Positions 10,801 to 17,160 of a stretch of DNA of 32,000 nucleotides are shown in pieces. The DNA is taken from positions 660,001-692,000 of the forward strand of contig OZ246396.1 of assembly GCA_965230905.1 (NCBI GenBank). Reading direction: 5' to 3'. Below the pieces are notes generated by a model, which was not told the DNA's origin, made no database searches, and saw only the letters and a list, made by a program, of their open reading frames with translations. Within the stretch, counting starts at the first letter, position 1. Each line of letters begins with the position of its first letter. Source of the DNA: Candidatus Saccharimonadota bacterium (lineage in GTDB: Bacteria > Patescibacteriota > Gracilibacteria > UBA1369 > 2-02-FULL-48-14). Both the position numbers and the translations under genes were made by a program.

Positions 10801-11923
10801 TGTGGAAAAAGCTTCCACTTGCACCCCGCGTCCATGCTTTTGAAGCGGTGAGTGTCCCCGAAGTGGCGGTGAAGCTGCCTCCTGTCAGGCTCACAATTCC
10901 AGTGAAGCCCAGACTGCTGCTGCCTCCATTAAAAACTCCTGAATTGAGTGTGAAGGTTCCTGCGAAGGTTTTGCTGCCGCTGCCTGCGGTGTAGGTTCCG
11001 CCGGAAAGAGTGACGACCCCGGAATGACTTACGTTGTAGCCGTCCATATTTAAAGTTCCGGACGTGAGCGTGAGGGCTGCAAATTCAATGGTCCCTGAGC
11101 CCGTTCCACTCAGCGTGCTGCCTGTTCCATTTAGGGTAATGGTCTGTGTAAGGTTGGAGGCAAGTTCACCTGGAATGGTGATGGTCTCGTTAGTACTCGT
11201 AATATTAAAAAGTCCGGTTCCGTTTCCGTCCCATGCGGAGGCAATATTTACGGCTCCTTTGGATTGAATGGTGCCTGTGGCCCAGCGACCTTCACTAAGG
11301 TTGAGGGCGCCGTTCACTACCACAGTGTCTCCGCTACTCACGGTTAAAATGACTCCATTGTTTTTATTGATTCGGAAATTGTAAAAATTCACCGCTGTTT
11401 TGCCTGGCAGATTCATGGTCGAGGTGCCTCCATCGAGCTCAACGCTTCCGTTGTTGTGTACAAAGGTTCCAGCTGAGTTGGCCCAGCCGGCGGATACAAA
11501 CAGAGTGCCGGACGTGGATGTGAAGCTGCCACCGGAAAGGGTATAAGTTCCGTTGATGTCTATGTTTGCCGTGTCGCCCAAAAAGGTTCCGGCGGCTTGA
11601 GCATAATTTCCGTTTATAGTGAGCGAACGGGATTGGGTGATTGTGCCGGTGTAGCCGGTGGAAATGGTGAGGCCCGTAACGGTGCCAACGGCGCTGCTGT
11701 CCAGCGTGGCGCTTTTTGTTGAAGTGGTGTTGAAGGTTACGCTGTCGCTCGCAGTGGGGCAGGCATTGCTGGACCAGTTCGCGCAGGTGGACCATTTTGC
11801 GTCTGAGCCACCACCGTCCCAAGTGCGTGAAGCTGCATTGGCAGTGCTTGCTTGTGCCATGCACAAAAGTGCGCCAAGCCCGAGTATAAAGCCGAATAAA
11901 AATGTGTGGTGGAGGATTTTCAT
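7880..11923 (-). CDS. large secreted cell-surface protein: beta-helix-like repeats, Asp-box, FN3-like domain, C-terminal SLH anchors (S-layer/adhesin-like)
   Basis: 1347 aa with the signal peptide MKILHHTFLFGFILGLGALLCMAQASTANA. About 850 aa are Gly/Thr/Ser/Asn-rich beta-strand repeats. It also has the Asp-box YSTDGGDTW, an FN3-like segment (PPSAVTNF...ILTWLPASDSNFKHYEIW) and a Thr/Ser-rich linker. Two clear SLH-like repeats follow (FTDVPP..YIDYAYQQGLINGYPDRTFRP and FNDVDLNEWYAPYLLHAYSKGVIKGYEDGSFKP, DNA about 7883..8278). Confidence 0.85.
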   Translation of the reverse strand: MKILHHTFLFGFILGLGALLCMAQASTANAASRTWDGGGSDAKWSTCANWSSNACPTASDSVTFNTTSTKSATLDSSAVGTVTGLTISTGYTGTITQSRSLTINGNYAQAAGTFLGDTANIDINGTYTLSGGSFTSTSGTLFVSAGWANSAGTFVHNNGSVELDGGTSTMNLPGKTAVNFYNFRINKNNGVILTVSSGDTVVVNGALNLSEGRWATGTIQSKGAVNIASAWDGNGTGLFNITSTNETITIPGELASNLTQTITLNGTGSTLSGTGSGTIEFAALTLTSGTLNMDGYNVSHSGVVTLSGGTYTAGSGSKTFAGTFTLNSGVFNGGSSSLGFTGIVSLTGGSFTATSGTLTASKAWTRGASGSFFHNNGTVEFNGAGATIDVPNTESFYKLRINSTGTKTIGALDAWTIFSDLTIINGLLSGSTASIQLNGNLTLGADADAMNVPLTLSGTGTQMLSTAVNNIDGDLTINKLGGSVELSQALVLNASSQDLKIQNGSFALNGNNLSVNGSSGTLIVQSTGILELNGNETLTANTNYPSLQAGSTVLYEGTAGPYTLKNYSYQNLIISSDSNSLFNLPASKTIAGNLTILSGIFSQNGFNLSVTGTFSNEGTLRRLGAETFTGLMDTSSGTVEYSGDGDLLTESFTITDFGAGTDYFDLKINDQNSAKDSFALSAILNIENSLTIESGEFKQNAFSIHASALTLNGGTFTGGNANVVITGDLTLNSGTLSAPTANLSIYEDWNRSGGTFSHNNGTVSFASSTPSVISGDNHFNHLNSINPGKFLAFTAGSTQTVSGQLNLTGSLENPLLLQSSESGMPWYLISTGSQNVSYVDVSDSNASGGNPIQQVSSLNSGNNVHWVFNVAPVLSELTAQQSTDGTGLASISFVVEDTDQDAVETQIEYSTDGGDTWASPTLAGQTNFSTTSGPSSALLNWNARLDLPADAAHAQIRITPNDGTESGVTIVSDEFVLDFLPPSAVTNFNHMDFSDNHIILTWLPASDSNFKHYEIWHGEGEASAEMNSLTGESWGPANDAALSLASTNTVRIDGRDPRWKYFKIFTIDDFGNITSSPLLFIAASFTQNHGNNTSSNSTVETPSSTEISLNTSTETESTVTTTPTPEQASINLESFWKNFAYPLPVHWSSGYLKHLQLEQKVANTATSAPTLLSILVEIFVSPNGAINRGESLEFLMSLSSYEVSDVTLSDETQSIFTDVPPTYERSAYIDYAYQQGLINGYPDRTFRPTQTISRAEALKIVARFFNETVDTNLQDEELLSLYDLDENPFNDVDLNEWYAPYLLHAYSKGVIKGYEDGSFKPDSAVSYAEFLKISLLSQNPDVVIAEE

Positions 11924-12068
11924 TTTGGAAAAGAATCATAGGTTTTTTTCTTTTGATAAACAAAGAAAGCCACTTGCTAGGTACCTTTATTCAAGGTCTT
12001 CTAAATGATTTTTGCTCTCGAGAAAAACGGGTTTGGGAAAGAGTCCGTCAATAGTGGACAATATGTTC

Positions 12069-12596
12069 TTATTCTACTTCTGTGCTCACGTAGCTTTCCA
12101 AGGTATCGACCAAGTCATTGTTGGCCTCAATGAAGGTGGTGTAGTTGATGTGCATGGTTTCATCCAGGCTCTCCACTTGGCTGATGTCTTCCTTGTAAGT
12201 GCCTTCGCTGTAGTAGCTGAGCATGGCGGCGTAGCTTTCCAAATAAAGTTCAGCGGCCGTGCGGTAGGTTTCCACTTCGGTGCGAACGGCGTTTTGTTGC
12301 TCCAAATTGCGGGCTTCCAAAGTCAGGAGCTCGGCGGTTTTTTCCAACGCGCTCACGGCGTCGTCGTAGCTGCTTTCCATGGCAGCGGTATCAATAAGGT
12401 CTTCTTCGGTCACTACATCGGGCAGCGTTTCATTGTAAAGACTGGTGGTGTTTTCAATGGCGAGGGATGTGGCGTTCACTTCTTCAACCACCAGATTGTT
12501 GTATTCCACTTCACTGTATTTACCAAGCAGGTTGCAGCCGGAAAGAACAAAGGCGCTGACAAGCAGAAAGGCGGAAAGAGATTTTTTCATAAACAT
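12069..12596 (-). CDS. lipoprotein, function unknown
   Basis: 175 aa. MFMKKSLSAFLLVSAFVLSGC carries a lipobox (L-S-G-C). The mature part is acidic and predicted helical. The antisense ORF 12012..12638 is judged a shadow. Confidence 0.7.
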   Translation of the reverse strand: MFMKKSLSAFLLVSAFVLSGCNLLGKYSEVEYNNLVVEEVNATSLAIENTTSLYNETLPDVVTEEDLIDTAAMESSYDDAVSALEKTAELLTLEARNLEQQNAVRTEVETYRTAAELYLESYAAMLSYYSEGTYKEDISQVESLDETMHINYTTFIEANNDLVDTLESYVSTEVE

Positions 12597-12654
12597 GGGT
12601 TTTGGCGTGTCCTGATTTTAGCAGGACTCACTGAATAGGGCTACAAGAGCAAGA

Positions 12655-12683
12655 TTGACGAAATGCCGTAATTGTATTAGAAT
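12655..12683 (+). promoter_or_regulatory. sigma70-like promoter for ORF 12702..13712
   Basis: TTGACG-N17-TAGAAT. The -10 ends 18 nt upstream of the ATG. Confidence 0.5.
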
Positions 12684-12701
12684 AGCTTTTCAATAAAGCT
12701 T

Positions 12702-13712
12702 ATGGGAAATTTTTCCAACCGTATTAAATTAGCCTCAAAGATTTGGCCGATTTTAGCTGAACGTGATCTGCCTCATAATCTGGAGGGCAGGGGTGCCATA
12801 CCCGGATTGGGGCTTTTGCTTCAAGAAGCAGTGAGCTTTGAAGAAATCATAAAGCTTACCTTGTTGGAAGATACACAAACCGATTTTGGCAGAGCGATTT
12901 CTCCAGCTGAAGCTGCCACTTTGCTCTTTTCCAGCAGTGGGTGGACTCGTACGCGGAAATTGACCATTGGTTTTTGGGACGCGGCTTGGGCAGCTTTGAA
13001 GGCAAACCCGAACGATCAAGTTCACGTTCTTTATATTGGTACGGGGCCGTACGCCAGCTTGGCTTTGCCAGTGGCGGCCGCTTTCCCTCAAGAAAAGCTC
13101 GTAGTGCATGCCGTGGATATTCATCAAGAGTCTTTGGATATGCTCGATCGCGTGCTTCGCCACTTTGATTTAGAGGAAACTTTTCCAACGCGCCTCTGTG
13201 CGGATGCCACTCAAGTTGATTGGCATAAACACCTCACCGTGAAGCCGAAGATTGTGCTGGTGGAATGTATGGATCGTGCGCTTTTACGGGAGCCTCAGGC
13301 AAAGATTGTGGAAAATTTGAATCAACAGTATGGCTCAGATTTTTTGCTTGTCCCCGGGCGTGTGATGGTGAATGTATATCTCTATGGAGAGGACGGACGA
13401 ATCATGGAGAACTTCCCATTTTTCTTTCTTGATAGCTCAGGAGTGGTGGGTCGTGGGGCTGATTACAGCGGGTCTGAACACACTATTTCCAAAGAGTTTT
13501 CTTGGGAGGATTTAGAGCAAGGTGCCACGGAACGAGTTCATTTTAGTTTGGAAACCATCGTTAGGGTGGGGCCAGAAAATATTCTTTCTGATGATGAAAA
13601 TGCTATCACCCGTGAAGTGTATTTGCCGGCACTTCCCTCAGGTACTAAAAAGGCCCGCATTTCCTATAGACTGGGATGCGAGCCTAGAGATGTTCGGGTA
13701 GAAGCACTCTAG
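12702..13712 (+). CDS. class I SAM-dependent methyltransferase, PRMT-like (protein arginine methyltransferase-like motif set)
   Basis: 336 aa. Motif I-like VLYIGTGPYASLAL, post-I VVHAVDIH, motif II plus a double-E-loop-like KIVLVECMDRALLRE (E-x-M-x5-L-x-E spacing as in SEWMGYxLLxE), then LLVPGRVMV (motif III-like). No THW loop recognised. Confidence 0.45.
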   Translation: MGNFSNRIKLASKIWPILAERDLPHNLEGRGAIPGLGLLLQEAVSFEEIIKLTLLEDTQTDFGRAISPAEAATLLFSSSGWTRTRKLTIGFWDAAWAALKANPNDQVHVLYIGTGPYASLALPVAAAFPQEKLVVHAVDIHQESLDMLDRVLRHFDLEETFPTRLCADATQVDWHKHLTVKPKIVLVECMDRALLREPQAKIVENLNQQYGSDFLLVPGRVMVNVYLYGEDGRIMENFPFFFLDSSGVVGRGADYSGSEHTISKEFSWEDLEQGATERVHFSLETIVRVGPENILSDDENAITREVYLPALPSGTKKARISYRLGCEPRDVRVEAL

Positions 13713-13715
13713 CTA

Positions 13716-14183
13716 TCACTTCTTCTTAGTGAAGCGAGCGTAGTGAGCGAAAGCTCGGTTCGCTTGTGCCATACGTTCCACGTCGTCTTTCTTCTTTACT
13801 GCTCCGCCGTTTCCGTCGGAAGCTTCAAGGATTTCGAGAGTGAGACGTTTGAACATAGGCATTCCTTTTCGTTTGCGAGCTCCGTCGATGAGCCATCGGA
13901 ATGAAAGCATTCGTTGTCGTTTTGGGTTCACTTCAAATGGCACTTGGTACACCGCTCCTCCGATACGTTTTGGACGTACTTCCATGGCAGGTTTAGTGTT
14001 TTCAATGGCACGGAAGAAAAGTTCACGAGGTTCTTTGTGTCCACGCTTTTCGATTTCACCGAGCATGTCGTTGAAAATGGTTCGAGCAATGGTCTTCTTT
14101 CCACCTTCCATGATGTAGTTGATGAACTTCTCAGAAGTTTCATCAGACAGAGGAGGTACGTAGGTAGTGATCTTAGTCTTCAT
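13716..14183 (-). CDS. rpsG: 30S ribosomal protein S7
   Basis: 155 aa with the typical S7 sequence (RAIENTKPAMEVRPKRIGGAVYQVPFEV). It starts 3 nt after the rpsL stop. Confidence 0.97.
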   Translation of the reverse strand: MKTKITTYVPPLSDETSEKFINYIMEGGKKTIARTIFNDMLGEIEKRGHKEPRELFFRAIENTKPAMEVRPKRIGGAVYQVPFEVNPKRQRMLSFRWLIDGARKRKGMPMFKRLTLEILEASDGNGGAVKKKDDVERMAQANRAFAHYARFTKKK

Positions 14184-14186
14184 GAT

Positions 14187-14600
14187 TTACTTTTTAGGTT
14201 TCTTAGCTCCATAACGGCTTCGGCTTTGCCGGCGGTTTTGAACCCCTTGGCAATCCAAAGATCCACGGATGATGTGGTAACGAACTCCGGGGAGGTCTTT
14301 AACACGTCCTCCACGAACCATAACAATGGAGTGTTCTTGTAAGTTGTGTCCTTCTCCTCCGATATAAGCATTCACTTCCATTCCATTGGTAAGTCTCACA
14401 CGCGCAATTTTTCGAAGAGCTGAGTTAGGCTTCTTAGGAGTCATGGTCGTCACCTTGGTGCATACTCCGCGTTTAGCGGGGCAAGCTAGGGGACGGTTCT
14501 GAGAACGAAGCGTATTGAAAATAGTCTGAAGCGCAGGAGCTTTACTCTTTTTCTTTACAGCCTTACGAGGCTTGCGGATGAGCTGGTTGATGGTTGGCAT
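14187..14600 (-). CDS. rpsL: 30S ribosomal protein S12
   Basis: 137 aa with [11 protein letters not shown] at the N-terminus, [16 protein letters not shown] and [13 protein letters not shown]. Confidence 0.98.
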   Translation of the reverse strand: MPTINQLIRKPRKAVKKKSKAPALQTIFNTLRSQNRPLACPAKRGVCTKVTTMTPKKPNSALRKIARVRLTNGMEVNAYIGGEGHNLQEHSIVMVRGGRVKDLPGVRYHIIRGSLDCQGVQNRRQSRSRYGAKKPKK

Positions 14601-14628
14601 TTAGATTGAAAACTATAAAAGCTGAGAG

Positions 14629-14657
14629 AGTTTAGTGCGTTTTAAGGCCTAATGCAA
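14629..14657 (-). promoter_or_regulatory. sigma70-like promoter for rpsL-rpsG
   Basis: The minus strand reads TTGCAT-N17-TAAACT, 28 nt upstream of the rpsL ATG. It sits immediately after the stop of ORF 14664..15581. Confidence 0.5.
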
Positions 14658-14663
14658 GGGAAT

Positions 14664-15581
14664 TTAGGGCTGATCTATGCTAAGCACTGGGCGCAACTCT
14701 GTTTCAGCCTCAATATGCTTCGTGCTGCCCCAGGGCGTCCTCACTAAATTTACATCTGGATTGTGAGCGTAGCTGTCCTCTTGAAAGTGGCCATTTGTTA
14801 CCTGATTTGGGTTCGGCAAGTCGAATGGTCCACAAGACACGGTGATGTAATAAGGATCCATTTTTTCAGTTAGGGTGGGAGTTTCAGCGCGGTCCAATTC
14901 CGCCAAATTCCAGAGGCAGGCTGAGGGACTTTGGAACTGTAGAGTTAAAATTTCGCCTCCAACTGCGTTCATACAAGCCTCCGTAGCCTCTTTATCTTCG
15001 TGCGGAGCCATGAGCACCAGGCGATCTTCAGGTGCAGCGCTGGAGTCATAGAAGGTGCTGGTGAAACTTAAAGTACCATCTTGATGCACCAAGGTTTCGG
15101 TATTGATTTTTTCCTGTTCTAGAAAGGAATTGGACTCGCTGAGGTAAATATTCTGGCAGTCACCTAGTATACCACCCACCACCCAAGTCAGCATGTTTTG
15201 AGAATATTCTTTATTTAAGCGATCAAGTTCTCTGTCGGCGCTTTTTGAGAGAGTTAATTTAGGATAAGCACAAACGGCAGCACCTGTTTCAGGGGCTATG
15301 CTATGAGGACGCGTCACCGCTCCCATATATATAAAAGCGGCCAAGCCTATAGTGGCGTGGAAGCTAGTTTGAATGACAGCGCGGGGGAGGACGACACTTT
15401 TTACAAACTCACCTCCATTGTGAGTATGGCGGGTTCCTTCAGTTTCCTCGATGAATTCCAAAAGAGGATTCAACCTTACGTAAACCGCTTGGTGGATTAT
15501 GCGAGCAGCAAAGGCACTGACAATACCCTTTGCAAGGGGATGGATTTCAGGTGTTTTTTGGGTTCGTTCAGGCTTGTTCAC
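14664..15581 (-). CDS. hypothetical protein
   Basis: 305-aa ORF with a GTG start; the next in-frame ATG is not until about codon 86. No signal peptide or recognisable motif. Confidence 0.55.
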   Translation of the reverse strand: MNKPERTQKTPEIHPLAKGIVSAFAARIIHQAVYVRLNPLLEFIEETEGTRHTHNGGEFVKSVVLPRAVIQTSFHATIGLAAFIYMGAVTRPHSIAPETGAAVCAYPKLTLSKSADRELDRLNKEYSQNMLTWVVGGILGDCQNIYLSESNSFLEQEKINTETLVHQDGTLSFTSTFYDSSAAPEDRLVLMAPHEDKEATEACMNAVGGEILTLQFQSPSACLWNLAELDRAETPTLTEKMDPYYITVSCGPFDLPNPNQVTNGHFQEDSYAHNPDVNLVRTPWGSTKHIEAETELRPVLSIDQP

Positions 15582-15587
15582 GCGTAT

Positions 15588-15616
15588 ATTTAAACACTAT
15601 TTTCTTTATACGTCAA
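15588..15616 (-). promoter_or_regulatory. sigma70-like promoter, predicts a leaderless mRNA for ORF 14664..15581
   Basis: The minus strand reads TTGACG-N17-TTAAAT. Only 6 nt (ATACGC) separate the -10 from the GTG start. Confidence 0.4.
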
Positions 15617-15657
15617 TTACCAGGCGGAAAAGCTTATACAGAAAGACCCTTACGCAG

Positions 15658-16008
15658 TTAAAGCAAAATCGCTGACTTAGAGTTGAGGCTCAGCAGGGTT
15701 TTTAAAAGCAAGTCTACTTCTTGAGCGAGTTTTTTAAGATCGCCTTTATTTAACAGATATAGCGAAGCCAGTAAATCTCTCCAGCGGAGCAGCTCAAAGC
15801 GAAGGTTTCCTTTCTGACAGCAAATAGTGAGGTCGGTGAGTTCCAGTGCGCGTTCTATGGTGAGCTTAAGAGTTTCTTCGTCTTGATCTGCTGCGAGGCT
15901 GCTGAGGAGGCGGTTTATCTCATTCCCGATCATGAAAATTTGCTTCTCAGTAGGGAAGCTAGACCAACGTTCGGGGGTTAGACTGGGGTGATGCTTGAGT
16001 GCGTACAT
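15658..16008 (-). CDS. hypothetical helical protein, partner of the DUF5674-like gene
   Basis: 116-aa ORF whose ATG lies 1 nt after the stop of the upstream ORF, so the two are tightly coupled. The composition is Leu/Glu-rich and helical. No motif recognised. Confidence 0.55.
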   Translation of the reverse strand: MYALKHHPSLTPERWSSFPTEKQIFMIGNEINRLLSSLAADQDEETLKLTIERALELTDLTICCQKGNLRFELLRWRDLLASLYLLNKGDLKKLAQEVDLLLKTLLSLNSKSAILL

Positions 16009-16009
16009 T

Positions 16010-16345
16010 TTACTGGATTAGTTTCTCTACAAGTACTTGAATCTGTTTTTGAATGTGTGGATCTTCAACGGACATGCTTTTATTTCCTTGAACGGGGCGA
16101 ATGTTGATGAGCGAAGTAAGTTCAAGCAACTTTGGTGGGCTAAAGTAAATATTCGCACCCCATAGGTTTTCTTGCTTGCTGTCGTGCGACTCTAAAAGAA
16201 GCTCTTCGAGGTCTGCATGAAGTTCGGCGTCGAGTGCGATTATTTCTTGCTCAAGGTCCACGACAATCTTCACCATCTTTTCAAAAAAATGATTGTGATT
16301 TTCTTGGATTTCTTTGAGAGAAAGAGGAGTTTTTATGATGAGCAT
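16010..16345 (-). CDS. DUF5674-like protein
   Basis: MVKIVVDLEQEIIALDAELHADLEELLLESHDSKQENLWGANIYF...LINIRPVQGNKSMSVEDPHIQKQI matches my recollection of the DUF5674 family pattern (KaVvD...HaD...L...GS.QedlWG.N...iNiRP.qgN.s..VeD). The start is placed at the ATG at 16345 (MLIIK). The ORF track begins at a GTG at 16378 that lies inside the upstream palindrome. Confidence 0.6.
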   Translation of the reverse strand: MLIIKTPLSLKEIQENHNHFFEKMVKIVVDLEQEIIALDAELHADLEELLLESHDSKQENLWGANIYFSPPKLLELTSLINIRPVQGNKSMSVEDPHIQKQIQVLVEKLIQ

Positions 16346-16351
16346 GTGGAG

Positions 16352-16380
16352 AGTGTAGCAAGTTTTGTGCACGTGCACAA
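16352..16380 (-). promoter_or_regulatory. promoter of the DUF5674-like operon, predicts a leaderless mRNA
   Basis: The minus strand reads TTGTGC-N17-TACACT, then 6 nt (CTCCAC), then the ATG at 16345. The -35 and spacer are embedded in the 20-bp palindrome. Confidence 0.4.
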
Positions 16381-16382
16381 AA
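16363..16382. promoter_or_regulatory. perfect 20-bp palindrome, putative operator
   Basis: TTTTGTGCACGTGCACAAAA is identical to its reverse complement. It overlaps the -35 and spacer of the DUF5674-like operon promoter. A 14/15-nt copy lies at 25792..25806. Confidence 0.55.
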
Positions 16383-16431
16383 TCGAATCAGTACTTGGCT
16401 CCTTGGTTTGTCAATGTTTGCAGCTTGGGTT

Positions 16432-16447
16432 CTTGCCGCGCGGCAAG
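16432..16447. promoter_or_regulatory. perfect 16-bp GC-rich palindrome in the divergent control region
   Basis: CTTGCCGCGCGGCAAG is identical to its reverse complement. No U-tract follows on either side, so it looks more like a protein-binding site or RNA hairpin than a terminator. Confidence 0.35.
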
Positions 16448-16464
16448 AAAAGCCGCTAGTTGTT

Positions 16465-16493
16465 TTGCGTCAGCAGCTTCTTTGTGTTTTAAT
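16465..16493 (+). promoter_or_regulatory. candidate promoter for ORF 16513..17148
   Basis: TTGCGT-N17-TTTAAT, or TAATAT at N19. It lies about 20 nt upstream of the ATG at 16513. Confidence 0.35.
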
Positions 16494-16512
16494 ATTGGCT
16501 TCTAAGTTAAAT

Positions 16513-17148
16513 ATGGCGATTGAATTTGGCGGTATCGAGTTTGAAGAAGAGGGGAGTTTTTTGCGGCCGAAAGATAAGAAGGTGCAGGTGGAGCGGACCT
16601 GGCTTGACAGTCCAGATTTAAATTCGAGACGTTTGGGTGAACGCATCGTGCTAGCTCCTATTGATAAAGAGGGAAGCTGGGCGGCACGGAAGTCTGATCA
16701 GGTGTGGCCTAATTCGGCGGTTTTTTGGCATCAGGATCGTCTGGGGTGCACGGTTTTGGCGGTAGCGAATATTGCCAATGGCAATCAACGAGGGAATTCT
16801 CGGTGGGTTTCTTCAAGAAACGCCTTGGTGGACTTAGCGGTCATGCCACAGCATAGACCTCGCGTGGCCGAGTTTTTGAACCTCGACCAAAAGAAATTAT
16901 TTGATTTAAATAATGAAGAGTTTATTGCGCATCGAACTCGATTGAATGAATGTATAAGGGCGATTTTGCTAAGTGATGGTGCTCCAGCGGATTTTTCTAA
17001 CGGAGTACTGGAGGTGAATTGGGCGGAAAATCCTTATACCGTTGCCATTTTAAATAATCTAGCTGGTTTCCATGCGGGTACAGCCAAGGGAGTTTTTGGC
17101 GCATTGGCATCCAATGATTTGCATCGGCATATGAAGATTGCTTGCTAG
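16513..17148 (+). CDS. hypothetical protein
   Basis: The ORF is open from 16408. I place the start at the ATG at 16513 (MAIEFGG...), because the upstream 35 codons cover the divergent promoter and palindrome region. That gives 211 aa with no recognisable motif. Confidence 0.55.
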   Translation: MAIEFGGIEFEEEGSFLRPKDKKVQVERTWLDSPDLNSRRLGERIVLAPIDKEGSWAARKSDQVWPNSAVFWHQDRLGCTVLAVANIANGNQRGNSRWVSSRNALVDLAVMPQHRPRVAEFLNLDQKKLFDLNNEEFIAHRTRLNECIRAILLSDGAPADFSNGVLEVNWAENPYTVAILNNLAGFHAGTAKGVFGALASNDLHRHMKIAC

Positions 17149-17160
17149 GCTAAAGCAAAA

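Noticed and set aside
12609-12627. Hairpin/palindrome GTCCTG-attttag-CAGGAC just upstream of the lipoprotein start.
   Set aside because: The stem is only 6 bp, which is expected by chance. I could not define a convincing promoter around it to give it a regulatory context.
12012-12638. 208-aa plus-strand ORF overlapping the lipoprotein gene.
   Set aside because: It is antisense to an ORF with a clear signal peptide and lipobox. The product is Gly/Val/Phe-rich with no features, so I treat it as a shadow ORF.
16346-16378. N-terminal extension of the DUF5674-like ORF from a GTG at 16378, and the extension of the divergent ORF back to 16408.
   Set aside because: Both extensions run through the promoter/palindrome region. 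Good ATG starts (16345 and 16513) sit at sensible distances from -10 elements, and the extra residues look non-native (MHVHKTCYTLH, MSMFAAWVLAARQEK...).
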